Below are positions 55,774-64,000 of a stretch of DNA of 64,000 nucleotides, one piece after another. The notes below the pieces were generated by a model. The model was given only the letters and a program-made list of their open reading frames with translations. It was not told the origin of the DNA and searched no databases. Numbering within the stretch: position 1 is the first letter of the stretch; every line of letters begins with the position of its first letter. Source of the stretch: a virus; IMG/VR virus record IMGVR_UViG_3300017917_002228, positions 64,001-128,000 of that record. The stretch is one strand, 5' to 3'. The position numbers and the translations under genes were made by a program.

Positions 55774-56907
55774 ATGGCTAAAAAACCAGTTCTGCAAAAA
55801 CGTGTAAAGAAAACAGCACGGAAGTCTCACAATGAAGTCTATCTGGTTAACCGTAAGTATCTGGGTGATGAGCCTTTGTTTGATGGCCCCGTTCTTCGCA
55901 CTGAGCTTGCTCGTGCGTTGACATGGTACAATTATATGTGCGATTACGACGAGGCTCGTGAGTACATTATTGACTATCTAAAGTCAGTAAAGAAAGATCA
56001 GCTGATTAAAAAGATCAAGCGAGTTCCTAATAATCGTCTACCTACTACTGCTGCATGGGTGTTTCGTTTATCTATGCGTGGTGCTAAACTTGAAGGTGAT
56101 TCTGTTGAGCAGGCTATGACTTTGCTTCAGAACTCTTTTAAGTATATGGAAGAGGAAAAGAAAGAAGAAGAGACTATTGTAATAGAAAAGCCTACGATTC
56201 AAGATCGTATTGCCGATAAAATGAGTGAATACATCGGAGATATCGAGAATATTATCGATAATCCTCCTGCTGACTTTTCTATGTACAAACATCTTGTATC
56301 GACTGAGTTTCCTGCCAAACTCACTACTAAGGTAGCTGAGTACTATAAACCTATGGTTGTAGAACTTGCAGAAGCTGTTCTTGGTAAGGATGAGCAGGTA
56401 CGAGAAGGCTATAAGTCGTTTACTAAAGCACAGCTCAAAGAACGTCTTGCACTCTATACTATGATTGTAGATGATTGTGAACGGTATTCTGGTAATATCA
56501 AGAAGTCTCGTGCTCCTCGTAAGTCTAAACCTATTACAGCAGAGAAGAAACTGAAACACTTTAAGTACCTCAAGGAAGATAATGCACTTAAGCTTAAGTC
56601 AGTTAATCCGGAAACTATTCTGGGTGCGCAAGAGCTTTGGACTTATAACAACAAGTATAAGACTCTGACTGTGTTTCGTGCACGAGGTCCTGCTGGTCTA
56701 GATGTAAATCGTATGTCCATCATTGGCTTTGATGTTGAGTCATCTACATCTAAACGTATCGGTCGAAAGACAGAAGATGTATTGAACCGTGTACTTACAG
56801 GAGGTAAGATCGTGCTTCGTAAAATCTTTGATGAGATCACTTCTGAGGCTGCAGAGGTTAACGAACGCCTAAATAATAATGTAATCCTCCTCAAAACGGT
56901 GAGGTAA
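55774..56907 (+). CDS. Conserved T4-like hypothetical protein
   Basis: 377 aa; ALTWYNY, KLKSVNP..ILGAQELW.YN.K. Confidence 0.85.
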   Translation: MAKKPVLQKRVKKTARKSHNEVYLVNRKYLGDEPLFDGPVLRTELARALTWYNYMCDYDEAREYIIDYLKSVKKDQLIKKIKRVPNNRLPTTAAWVFRLSMRGAKLEGDSVEQAMTLLQNSFKYMEEEKKEEETIVIEKPTIQDRIADKMSEYIGDIENIIDNPPADFSMYKHLVSTEFPAKLTTKVAEYYKPMVVELAEAVLGKDEQVREGYKSFTKAQLKERLALYTMIVDDCERYSGNIKKSRAPRKSKPITAEKKLKHFKYLKEDNALKLKSVNPETILGAQELWTYNNKYKTLTVFRARGPAGLDVNRMSIIGFDVESSTSKRIGRKTEDVLNRVLTGGKIVLRKIFDEITSEAAEVNERLNNNVILLKTVR

Positions 56908-57275
56908 TGACTGAAAATATAGTCAAGTTCCCAAAGCAGCCTTTTGAATCTTTTCCAGCAAATATTGAAGAATCTGTAACGCATATTGAAGCCGTAAGGC
57001 GTGACTACTGTGATCAAGTAAGCGCCGATGTATTCGAAGCTGCTTTATCAGTAGTGCACAATTATGGTTTTATGACTCGTACTGATGAAGATAATTACAT
57101 AAAAGATTTAATCTTCTTAGAAGAAACTATTAAAGCTTTTGTGTATAGATATAAACATCTTAATCATCAGTTTCATGATATGATAGAGCATGCTATCAAT
57201 ATGCCTGGTGAATTAAAAACACCAGATACAGATGAAGAAAAGTCTACAGAGACAGTTGAAAGTTTAAAACAATAA
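56907..57275 (+). CDS. Hypothetical protein
   Basis: NIVKFP N-terminus; TAATG coupling. Confidence 0.75.
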   Translation: MTENIVKFPKQPFESFPANIEESVTHIEAVRRDYCDQVSADVFEAALSVVHNYGFMTRTDEDNYIKDLIFLEETIKAFVYRYKHLNHQFHDMIEHAINMPGELKTPDTDEEKSTETVESLKQ

Positions 57276-57284
57276 CTATATAAT
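57256..57284 (+). promoter_or_regulatory. Sigma70-like promoter TTGAAA-N17-TATAAT
   Basis: CAGTTG -35 with consensus -10 upstream of rnh. Confidence 0.65.
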
Positions 57285-57311
57285 ATATAGAATGATTAAA
57301 GTGGATTCGAA

Positions 57312-58148
57312 ATGATCATCGTAGATTTTAATCAGGTTATGATCTCAAACCTGATGACGCAACTTGGTAATCATACAAACGTTCCTCTAGAAGAGGGACT
57401 GTTTCGACATATGGTTATTAACTCTATTCGTAGCTACAAACAAAAGTTTGGCCACGAATATGGAGAGATCGTTATCGCCTGTGATGATAAAAATTACTGG
57501 CGCAAAAAAGTATTTCCCTATTACAAAGCTAACCGTAAAAAGAACAGAGAAGCTTCTGAGCTTAACTGGACAACGGTGTTTAATATCTTTGATAAGATTA
57601 AACAAGAGCTTCGTGAATACTTCCCTTATAGAGTCATTCAAGTTGAATCTGCAGAAGCAGATGATATTATTGCGACATTAGTTCGCCATTCAGAAGATGA
57701 GAAAGTTCTCATTCTATCTGGTGATAAAGACTTTGTGCAACTTCAGACTGACTCTCGTGTTAAACAATACGATCCAGTCAGAAAGAAGTGGTTAGCACAT
57801 GACGATCCTGGCCGATATCTTACCGAGCATATCCTCAAAGGCGATACTGGTGACGGTATACCTAACGTGTTGTCTGATGATGATACGTTCGTTGCTAACA
57901 AGCGGCAAAAGCCGCTTACGCAAAAGAAGATAGATTCGTTCTTAGATAGTGATAGTCTACCTTCCGAGATCATGCGTAACTTCCAGCGCAATAAACAGGT
58001 AGTAGATCTCTCACTTATACCTCTAGACATCTCAACACAAATACTTGATAAATATAACCAAGAAGCAGGTAAGGGTAGAGAAAAGATCTTCGTCTATTTT
58101 ATGTTGTTTAAACTGAAACACCTTATGGAAAACTTGAGTGACTTTTAA
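57312..58148 (+). CDS. rnh: T4-type RNase H (5'-3' exonuclease)
   Basis: IVDFNQ, YWRK..FPYYKANR, EADDII, SGDKDF.QL, GD.GDGIPN. Confidence 0.95.
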   Translation: MIIVDFNQVMISNLMTQLGNHTNVPLEEGLFRHMVINSIRSYKQKFGHEYGEIVIACDDKNYWRKKVFPYYKANRKKNREASELNWTTVFNIFDKIKQELREYFPYRVIQVESAEADDIIATLVRHSEDEKVLILSGDKDFVQLQTDSRVKQYDPVRKKWLAHDDPGRYLTEHILKGDTGDGIPNVLSDDDTFVANKRQKPLTQKKIDSFLDSDSLPSEIMRNFQRNKQVVDLSLIPLDISTQILDKYNQEAGKGREKIFVYFMLFKLKHLMENLSDF

Positions 58149-58564
58149 TGGCTAAACCTTCACTATCATCTATTCTAAAAGAAGCAGCTAAACAAGAAAC
58201 GTTGACTGATAAAGTTAACTTCTTAAAAAGAAACGATTCCCCATCTTTAAGATCTCTTGTAGCACATATTTTTGATCCTCGTATCAAATTCTTGCTACCT
58301 GAAGGTGATCCTCCTTATCAACCATCTCAATTTGATACTCAGATGAGACTCTATACAGAGATTAGAAAACTTTATATCTGGGTTGAAGGTGTTGGTCCTC
58401 AAATGCCAACCGTTAAAAGAGAAAAACTGTTTATTGATCTTCTGGAAGCAGTTGATCCAGAAGATGCAAAAGTGCTTCTGTCCATGAAGGATAAGAAGAG
58501 TCCTTATGAAGGGCTTACGTCTGAAGTCGCGTATACTGCTTTTCCGGAGTTGTTTCCAACATGA
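58148..58564 (+). CDS. Conserved T4-like hypothetical protein (DUF6433-like)
   Basis: LLPEGDPPY, KREKLFI.LLE. Confidence 0.8.
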   Translation: MAKPSLSSILKEAAKQETLTDKVNFLKRNDSPSLRSLVAHIFDPRIKFLLPEGDPPYQPSQFDTQMRLYTEIRKLYIWVEGVGPQMPTVKREKLFIDLLEAVDPEDAKVLLSMKDKKSPYEGLTSEVAYTAFPELFPT

Positions 58565-58755
58565 GTAAGGCTACTAAATTTCACTTTACAAATGTGAAAA
58601 ATAAAAAGAAGTCTTTTAACTACAACTACACAGATGAAGAACATGTTTCTCTAAAAGAAATTAGGCGTGACAGAGAACATAAACAGTATCGTAATTATGA
58701 AAATGCTCTTAGGTCGAAAAATCTAGATCGACTTATGGAGTATGAGGACGATTAA
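58561..58755 (+). CDS. Hypothetical protein
   Basis: ATGA-coupled. Confidence 0.65.
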   Translation: MSKATKFHFTNVKNKKKSFNYNYTDEEHVSLKEIRRDREHKQYRNYENALRSKNLDRLMEYEDD

Positions 58756-58943
58756 TGGAATTATTTCAAAATTTGTGGTTTACTCTAGGAATAACTTCCA
58801 TTATGGCAGTTGTTGCTTGCATCTATTATTTCAAAGGTAGAAGTGCAGGCATCATGGAAGTTCTAGAGAAATTTAATGAGCTTGAGCCAGAAGCTTATAA
58901 GCGTGTTATCAACAAACTGAGAGCAAGATTAGAAAATGACTAA
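58755..58943 (+). CDS. Small single-TM protein
   Basis: TAATG-coupled; hydrophobic N-terminal half. Confidence 0.65.
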   Translation: MELFQNLWFTLGITSIMAVVACIYYFKGRSAGIMEVLEKFNELEPEAYKRVINKLRARLEND

Positions 58944-59121
58944 GCAACCAGAATTTCTTATTGATGGTGTACACCCTTACGATAATCCTAACCTCAAAAA
59001 GACTTCTAAGCCTCTAGAAGAAACTGTTAAGGAAGAGATGCGTGCGCAAGGACTTGATCCGCTAAATAAACAAGACGTTCAGAAGTTCTGGTCGTCTAAA
59101 GGCATAGGTATTAATGGCTAA
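58936..59121 (+). CDS. Hypothetical protein
   Basis: Overlap-coupled ORF. Confidence 0.65.
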   Translation: MTKQPEFLIDGVHPYDNPNLKKTSKPLEETVKEEMRAQGLDPLNKQDVQKFWSSKGIGING

Positions 59122-59350
59122 TTATACGTTTTTCAATACCGAAACAAATAGAGAGGAAGACCTCTCTATGCCTATCTCTGAGCTTGATGAATTCAAAGCT
59201 CGTAACCCTCACATGCAACAAATAATCAAGACAGCTCCTGCTATTGCAGACCCAACTCGTCTCGGGCTAAAAAAGCCTGATGCGGGTTTTCGTGATGTCT
59301 TAAAGAAGGTGAAGAGAGCACATGTAAGGAGCACTGTCAATACCTGGTAA
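59114..59350 (+). CDS. FmdB-like small protein lacking the Cys ligands
   Basis: M.NY.F.N.ET......M.ISE ... KPDAGFRDVLKK. Confidence 0.7.
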   Translation: MANYTFFNTETNREEDLSMPISELDEFKARNPHMQQIIKTAPAIADPTRLGLKKPDAGFRDVLKKVKRAHVRSTVNTW

Positions 59351-59359
59351 GAGGCAATC

Positions 59360-60109
59360 ATGGAAAGACTCTCACGCGCTGAAAAGAGATTAATGAAGCA
59401 ACAAAAGCGTCAAGAGGCCAATATTAATAAAAACAATCTATCGTTAAAACAAGTAACACCGAAGACTAAAAATCAGGAGATTGTATTCAGAGATTTTTCA
59501 AACGGTAAAAATCTACTAATCCATGGACTACCAGGTACAGGCAAATCGTTTGTATCACTCTACCTCGCTCTATCAGAGATAGACGATTTTAAAACCTACC
59601 ATAACGTAACTATTATACGTTCAGTCGTCCCATCTAGAGACATGGGATTCCTTCCTGGCAATATCAAAGAAAAGTCAAAGATCTACGAACTACCATATCA
59701 AGCAATTTGTAATGAGCTTTATGGTAGAGGAGATGCTTACGAGATACTAAAGAGCAAAGGCATCATTGACTTTCAAACATCATCATTCCTAAGAGGTCTA
59801 ACTCTAGATCATTCTATTATTATCGTAGATGAATGTCAGAATATGACCTTCCAAGAACTATCAACCATTATTACTAGAACCGGCCAGAATGCTCGCATAA
59901 TTTTCTGTGGAGATTATAGACAAACGGATCTAAAATTTAATGATGAGAAGAGAGGCATTCTAGACTTTATGAACATTCTTCATAAGATGAATAAATACTT
60001 TACCAGTATCGAATTCAACGAAGAAGATATTGTTCGTTCAGGTCTAGTAAAAGACTTTATTATTAAGAAGGCTGCTTTCGAAAGTAAAGTTCCTTCGTTT
60101 ATGTCATAA
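59360..60109 (+). CDS. phoH: PhoH-family ATPase
   Basis: GLPGTGKS, MGFLPG, FLRG.T, VDECQN, GD..Q.D, DIVRSGLV. Confidence 0.95.
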   Translation: MERLSRAEKRLMKQQKRQEANINKNNLSLKQVTPKTKNQEIVFRDFSNGKNLLIHGLPGTGKSFVSLYLALSEIDDFKTYHNVTIIRSVVPSRDMGFLPGNIKEKSKIYELPYQAICNELYGRGDAYEILKSKGIIDFQTSSFLRGLTLDHSIIIVDECQNMTFQELSTIITRTGQNARIIFCGDYRQTDLKFNDEKRGILDFMNILHKMNKYFTSIEFNEEDIVRSGLVKDFIIKKAAFESKVPSFMS

Positions 60110-60123
60110 GGGTATTTTTTGTT

Positions 60124-60822
60124 ATGAATATGAGTGAAGAAGAAACCCGAGCTCGTCTTTTAGAGCTCCACAACATGCGATTACTCCCGCAGACTACCGT
60201 AAACTATCTCTATAATATTAGAGACAATTATGGTGTGTATCCGGGAGTAATCTATGATATAGGTGCTTGTGTTCTTCATTGGACAAATGAAGCGGTAAAC
60301 GTCTGGCCAGAATCAGAATATTATTGTTTCGAAGCAATGCCAGAAACAGCTTTTCTTTATAATAAACCTCACATCAAAGGTTTTCATAATGGAGTTCTTA
60401 CCGGTGAAGATAATATTCCAGTTACCTTTTATCAAAACACATATCACCCGGGTGGTAATTCCTACTACAAAGAAAACGTAGAAATTAATCCAGAAGCAGA
60501 GCAATACTTTAATGAGTCTCATAGAAGAGACTATATTGGCTTTACTCTTGACACTATAGTAAAACAAAAGAATTTTAAACTCCCTGATCTTATTAAAATG
60601 GATGTACAAGGTGCTGAGATGGATATTATTAAAGGTGCAGAGTTGTGTTTAGCACATGCTAGCCATCTTATACTAGAACTCCAAATTGTAGAATATAACA
60701 AAGGTGCACCGCTTCGTAATGAAGTGGTTGAATATCTTAAATCTAAAAATTACTTTATGGTAGAAGGTAGCCCTTTCACTAATGCAGGACCTGATGGTGA
60801 CTACCATTTTGTTAAAGAATGA
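60124..60822 (+). CDS. FkbM-family methyltransferase
   Basis: YDIGA, FEA, TLD, IKMDVQGAE. Confidence 0.85.
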   Translation: MNMSEEETRARLLELHNMRLLPQTTVNYLYNIRDNYGVYPGVIYDIGACVLHWTNEAVNVWPESEYYCFEAMPETAFLYNKPHIKGFHNGVLTGEDNIPVTFYQNTYHPGGNSYYKENVEINPEAEQYFNESHRRDYIGFTLDTIVKQKNFKLPDLIKMDVQGAEMDIIKGAELCLAHASHLILELQIVEYNKGAPLRNEVVEYLKSKNYFMVEGSPFTNAGPDGDYHFVKE

Positions 60823-61487
60823 AAATATTTAACCACTTATCTCCAAAAGAAATACCTCAACTAGAACAAGTCAATACTGATTCAGGTCGTTATTATAAAT
60901 CACCAACAGGCGTATTATACCCTTCAGTAACTACTGTAACAGGTTTGATGAATGTCGACTCAATCAAAAAGTGGCGTAAAGCCGTCGGTGAGGAAGCTGC
61001 GAATGCGATCTCTTCGAAAGCAGCTCGACGCGGAACACGAATTCACTCTATTTGCGAAGACTACCTCAATAATAAACTTGATACTAGCAAGCATTCTATT
61101 ATTGATCTTGATAATTTCAATTCTTTGAAAGAGTATATGGATGAGCATATTGACAACATTCACCTCCAAGAAACAAGACTCTACTCAGACTTCTTGCAGA
61201 TGGCAGGAACTGTGGACTGTATTGCCGAGTATGCAGGACGCTTATCTATCATCGATTTTAAAACAGCAAGAAAAGCTAAAAATAGAGACTACATACAAAA
61301 TTACTTTTGTCAGGCAACTGCATACGCAATAATGTATGAAGAACTAACTGGAATACCAGTACCTAATATAGTGATTATGATTTGTGTTGACGATGATTAC
61401 CCGCAGATATTCACAGATAAAAGAGACTACCATGTTAAACCTCTCCTAGAGATTAGGAAAAAATATAAGGAAATCTACAATGTTTAG
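60819..61487 (+). CDS. PD-(D/E)xK (Cas4/RecB-like) exonuclease
   Basis: YPSVTTV, RGTRIH, AGTVDCIA, IDFKT, Q..AY. Confidence 0.9.
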   Translation: MKIFNHLSPKEIPQLEQVNTDSGRYYKSPTGVLYPSVTTVTGLMNVDSIKKWRKAVGEEAANAISSKAARRGTRIHSICEDYLNNKLDTSKHSIIDLDNFNSLKEYMDEHIDNIHLQETRLYSDFLQMAGTVDCIAEYAGRLSIIDFKTARKAKNRDYIQNYFCQATAYAIMYEELTGIPVPNIVIMICVDDDYPQIFTDKRDYHVKPLLEIRKKYKEIYNV

Positions 61488-61818
61488 AGCAATGTTAAGT
61501 GCATTGTTCGTAATGATTTCAAGTGCTGCTTATGCACAGCAAAAACAACCTATATGTATGCCGCTTCCTGAGATGATGACATTAATGAATCAAACAGGAT
61601 TTTCTCATCTACTATCTACACACTCAGTAGAAGATAAAAAAGGTACAATCGTGTTTGTTAATTCAGATGATAAAGTTACTGCTATTGTAGTATTTGATAT
61701 GTCTAGCGACGACCCTAAAACAGCAGGTGCTTGTGTAGCTTCTATCCAAAAAAATCTAAGATTTAATCGTGATGGTTTAGATGTTATTTCTAAAAGGGAA
61801 CTAGGTATTAGAGTATGA
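61480..61818 (+). CDS. Exported protein with signal peptide and two Cys
   Basis: AAYA-Q cleavage site; PICM ... ACV. Confidence 0.7.
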   Translation: MFRAMLSALFVMISSAAYAQQKQPICMPLPEMMTLMNQTGFSHLLSTHSVEDKKGTIVFVNSDDKVTAIVVFDMSSDDPKTAGACVASIQKNLRFNRDGLDVISKRELGIRV

Positions 61819-62168
61819 AAGTTATCATTGCTGGGTCGCGTAATATCAATAGCCCGGGTCCTGTTGGCAGGGCTATTGAATCTTCTAATTTTGAAATAAC
61901 AGAGATCGTATCTGGTAATGCAAGAGGTGTAGATTCTCTTGCAGAAAACTATGCTGGAAGAAAAGGTATTCCTACTAAACTCTTTCCAGCTGACTGGGAT
62001 AAATATGGTAAGCCGGCTGGTGCAATTCGTAACCAGCAAATGGCACAATATGCAGATGCTTTGATTGCAGTATGGGATGGGCAATCAAAAGGTACTAAGA
62101 TGATGATTCAGATGATGAACAAGCAAAACAAGCCTGTTCATCTTTATTTGGTAGATAATAATGACTAA
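61815..62168 (+). CDS. SLOG-superfamily (YspA-like) protein
   Basis: IIAGSR, SGNARGVD, ADW.KYG..AG.IRN, WDG.S.GT. Confidence 0.88.
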   Translation: MKVIIAGSRNINSPGPVGRAIESSNFEITEIVSGNARGVDSLAENYAGRKGIPTKLFPADWDKYGKPAGAIRNQQMAQYADALIAVWDGQSKGTKMMIQMMNKQNKPVHLYLVDNND

Positions 62169-62607
62169 GAATGTTTTAATCTGGTGGCTATTCTTTTGCT
62201 TGCAAGCCTTTGGCGCAGCAATAGCATACTACTATGGCATCTTTGGAATTCTTCAGCTTGCTGATCCAACATACATTTCTTTTTGTATATTAATACTGCA
62301 CGTATTTACAGTATTATGGATCGGTCTTCTTACCTATAATAAAAACAATAACAATAATGAGATACTATGGTTTATTTCTGAGACTCAGCTAGGTCTTGGA
62401 ATGCTTGGCACTCTTATAGGGTTTATTATTATGTTCTCAGGTGTATTCGGTCACGAAATTACTCCTGAAAACCTTAAAGATGCTATAGCTTCTATTGCAG
62501 TCGGAGTCAGTACTGCAATATGGACCACTCTGGTTGGTCTTGCCTCTGGATTGATTTTGAAAACTCTAATCATCAATCTAGAAAGAACTAATGGTAGACA
62601 GAAGTAG
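62161..62607 (+). CDS. MotA/TolQ/ExbB proton-channel family protein
   Basis: Four TM segments; LGMLGTLIGF ... GVSTAIWTTLVGL signature. Confidence 0.85.
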   Translation: MTKNVLIWWLFFCLQAFGAAIAYYYGIFGILQLADPTYISFCILILHVFTVLWIGLLTYNKNNNNNEILWFISETQLGLGMLGTLIGFIIMFSGVFGHEITPENLKDAIASIAVGVSTAIWTTLVGLASGLILKTLIINLERTNGRQK

Positions 62608-63178
62608 ATACGCAACAACTCTATCATTTATAGATTTTTTATTTAATCTTGTCATTGCTCTGACAGCTCTTTTCTTATTGGCCATTCTTCTTATTAATCC
62701 ACCTAAGCAAGAAACGACGCAAAAAAGAGAAGCAGAATATTTTATAGCTATTAAATGGCAAGATAATAATAATAATGATGTTGATCTATGGGTCACTGAT
62801 GGTGAAAACACTGTAAACTTTATTACAAGACAGCAATCAAATATGTCTTTAGATAGAGATGATGTTGGTCCAGATGATCCTATTACACACACACATTTTC
62901 TCCCTGCTAACGAAGAAATAGTAACTATCAGATCTAAAAGTAGAGCTGTATATACTGCTAATATTCACCTCTACAATTTGAGAGATAAAAATAATCTACC
63001 TATGGTAGCATGGGCACTGATAAATGCTCGTACAAACAAAATAGTTGCAACTGGTGCAAAAGTACTTCAATTTCCAGGTCAAGAAGTTACATTATTCAGA
63101 GTCTATATTAATGGTTCAGGAGAAGTAGATATGATTGATAAAGAAATAGATTATCCTTTTGTAAATGGTAAAAAATGA
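62591..63178 (+). CDS. MotB/TolR/ExbD-like single-TM partner with periplasmic domain
   Basis: Intramembrane Asp in SFIDFLFNL; W....DVDLW ... LDRDD.G ... E periplasmic domain. Confidence 0.7.
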   Translation: MVDRSRYATTLSFIDFLFNLVIALTALFLLAILLINPPKQETTQKREAEYFIAIKWQDNNNNDVDLWVTDGENTVNFITRQQSNMSLDRDDVGPDDPITHTHFLPANEEIVTIRSKSRAVYTANIHLYNLRDKNNLPMVAWALINARTNKIVATGAKVLQFPGQEVTLFRVYINGSGEVDMIDKEIDYPFVNGKK

Positions 63179-63621
63179 CAACGTTTTATATTTTACTACT
63201 TCTTCTCTCTATTCCTATTATAACAATGCTTGTGATGCTATCACAGGATAAAAAATGGCGAAAATTTATCTTTATTCTTATACCATTAGTTCTTATACTG
63301 GTATTTAAATTATGGTATGCGATTGAATATATAAAGACAGCTCCTACCGAAAAAATGCCAGACAAATATACTTTTATTCATAGCGTTGAAAAGCAAAAGA
63401 AACACATCTACATATGGGCAGTAGAAGATGGTATGGAATATCCAATCACTATAGTTATTCCATGGACAGAGAAAGCATCAAAAGAAGTAGAGAAGGCTAA
63501 AAGAGGTGTAAGAGAAGGCCGTCGTATAGTCAGGGATAAAACTCAAGACAGAGAAAACGGCACTCCTACAGATGAATTTAAATTTTATGAGTTTCAATTA
63601 AGCAAACAATATGTGAAGTGA
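63175..63621 (+). CDS. Two-TM membrane protein, third member of the motor module
   Basis: ATGA-coupled; two N-terminal TMs, PT...P....IYIW soluble domain. Confidence 0.7.
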   Translation: MTTFYILLLLLSIPIITMLVMLSQDKKWRKFIFILIPLVLILVFKLWYAIEYIKTAPTEKMPDKYTFIHSVEKQKKHIYIWAVEDGMEYPITIVIPWTEKASKEVEKAKRGVREGRRIVRDKTQDRENGTPTDEFKFYEFQLSKQYVK

Positions 63622-63627
63622 AGTGAT

Positions 63628-64000
63628 ATGATAGATAGTAAAGTTAATGAATACATGCGAGCATGGCTTAGAGAATATATTAATGAGAATTGCATAGTTA
63701 GAGTTAAGCCAGGTGAGCCTCTACTACCAGGAAGAAAATCAGGTGTAGAATATAGCTGGCAATTCTATTTACGTAGAGGTTTATTTAATAGTAAATTTTT
63801 AAACTACACAGGATGTTTATTCTGGAACATATTTGCAGATAAACATAGAGAAAATCCTTTTCAGATTGCTGGGTTAGAGACAGGTTCTACTCCTCTTATT
63901 GTAGGACTTACTATGACTGCTCCGTTATTTGATATTAATGTTAATAGTTTTAGTATTAGATCACAGCGCAAAACATATGGATTAAAAAACATATTTGAAG
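63628..64000 (+). CDS. Orotate-PRTase (PyrE)-like phosphoribosyltransferase, 3'-truncated
   Basis: Not in ORF track; MIDSKVNEY...WQFYLRRGL...QIAGLETGSTP...SIR.QRKTYGLKNIFE. Confidence 0.65.
   Translation, partial: MIDSKVNEYMRAWLREYINENCIVRVKPGEPLLPGRKSGVEYSWQFYLRRGLFNSKFLNYTGCLFWNIFADKHRENPFQIAGLETGSTPLIVGLTMTAPLFDINVNSFSIRSQRKTYGLKNIFE

Noticed and set aside
2-64000. Stop-codon reassignment or suppressor tRNAs
   Set aside because: Core genes are full length in the standard code; the TAG, TAA and TGA anticodons decode Leu (CTA, TTA) and Ser (TCA), not stop codons

Overview
64 kb of a large, AT-rich T4-like (myovirus-type) bacteriophage genome. The host is probably an alphaproteobacterium (Hyphomicrobiales/Rhizobiales), judging from a RopB/Omp25-type outer-membrane protein gene and a rhizobial-style Met tRNA. 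Almost all genes are on the + strand and read cleanly in the standard genetic code. In order the window holds: (1) the 3' end of the gp41 helicase; (2) a divergent early-promoter hub with IHF-like repeats and small early ORFs; (3) a cluster of 14 tRNAs interleaved with a glycosylation island (glycosyltransferases, epimerase, FkbM, UDP-galactopyranose mutase), a lytic transglycosylase, SAM decarboxylase, an OMP and thyX; (4) His-rich, probably capsid-packaged proteins, including a split ligase-like gene; (5) a ~22.6 kb modular fibre array (18.8-41.4 kb) of repeated anchor/adaptor/tip cassettes (collagen-like stalks, LamG and glycine-rich tips), most cassettes behind their own late promoter; (6) a Glu-punctuated cytidylyltransferase-like polyprotein, Dps, spanins, gp61 primase, class II RNR, an ADP-ribosyltransferase, a RuvC-like resolvase, glutaredoxin, RNase H, PhoH and an exonuclease; (7) a three-gene MotA/TolQ/ExbB-type membrane motor module and a truncated PRTase. 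The best candidates for undescribed systems are the plug-and-socket fibre array, the phage-encoded membrane motor, the His-rich injected cargo/polyprotein set, and two matching loci pairing a G-depleted mini-gene with IHF-like repeats. All calls come from motif recognition by eye; no database searches were run, and DUF names are recalled from memory and need checking.
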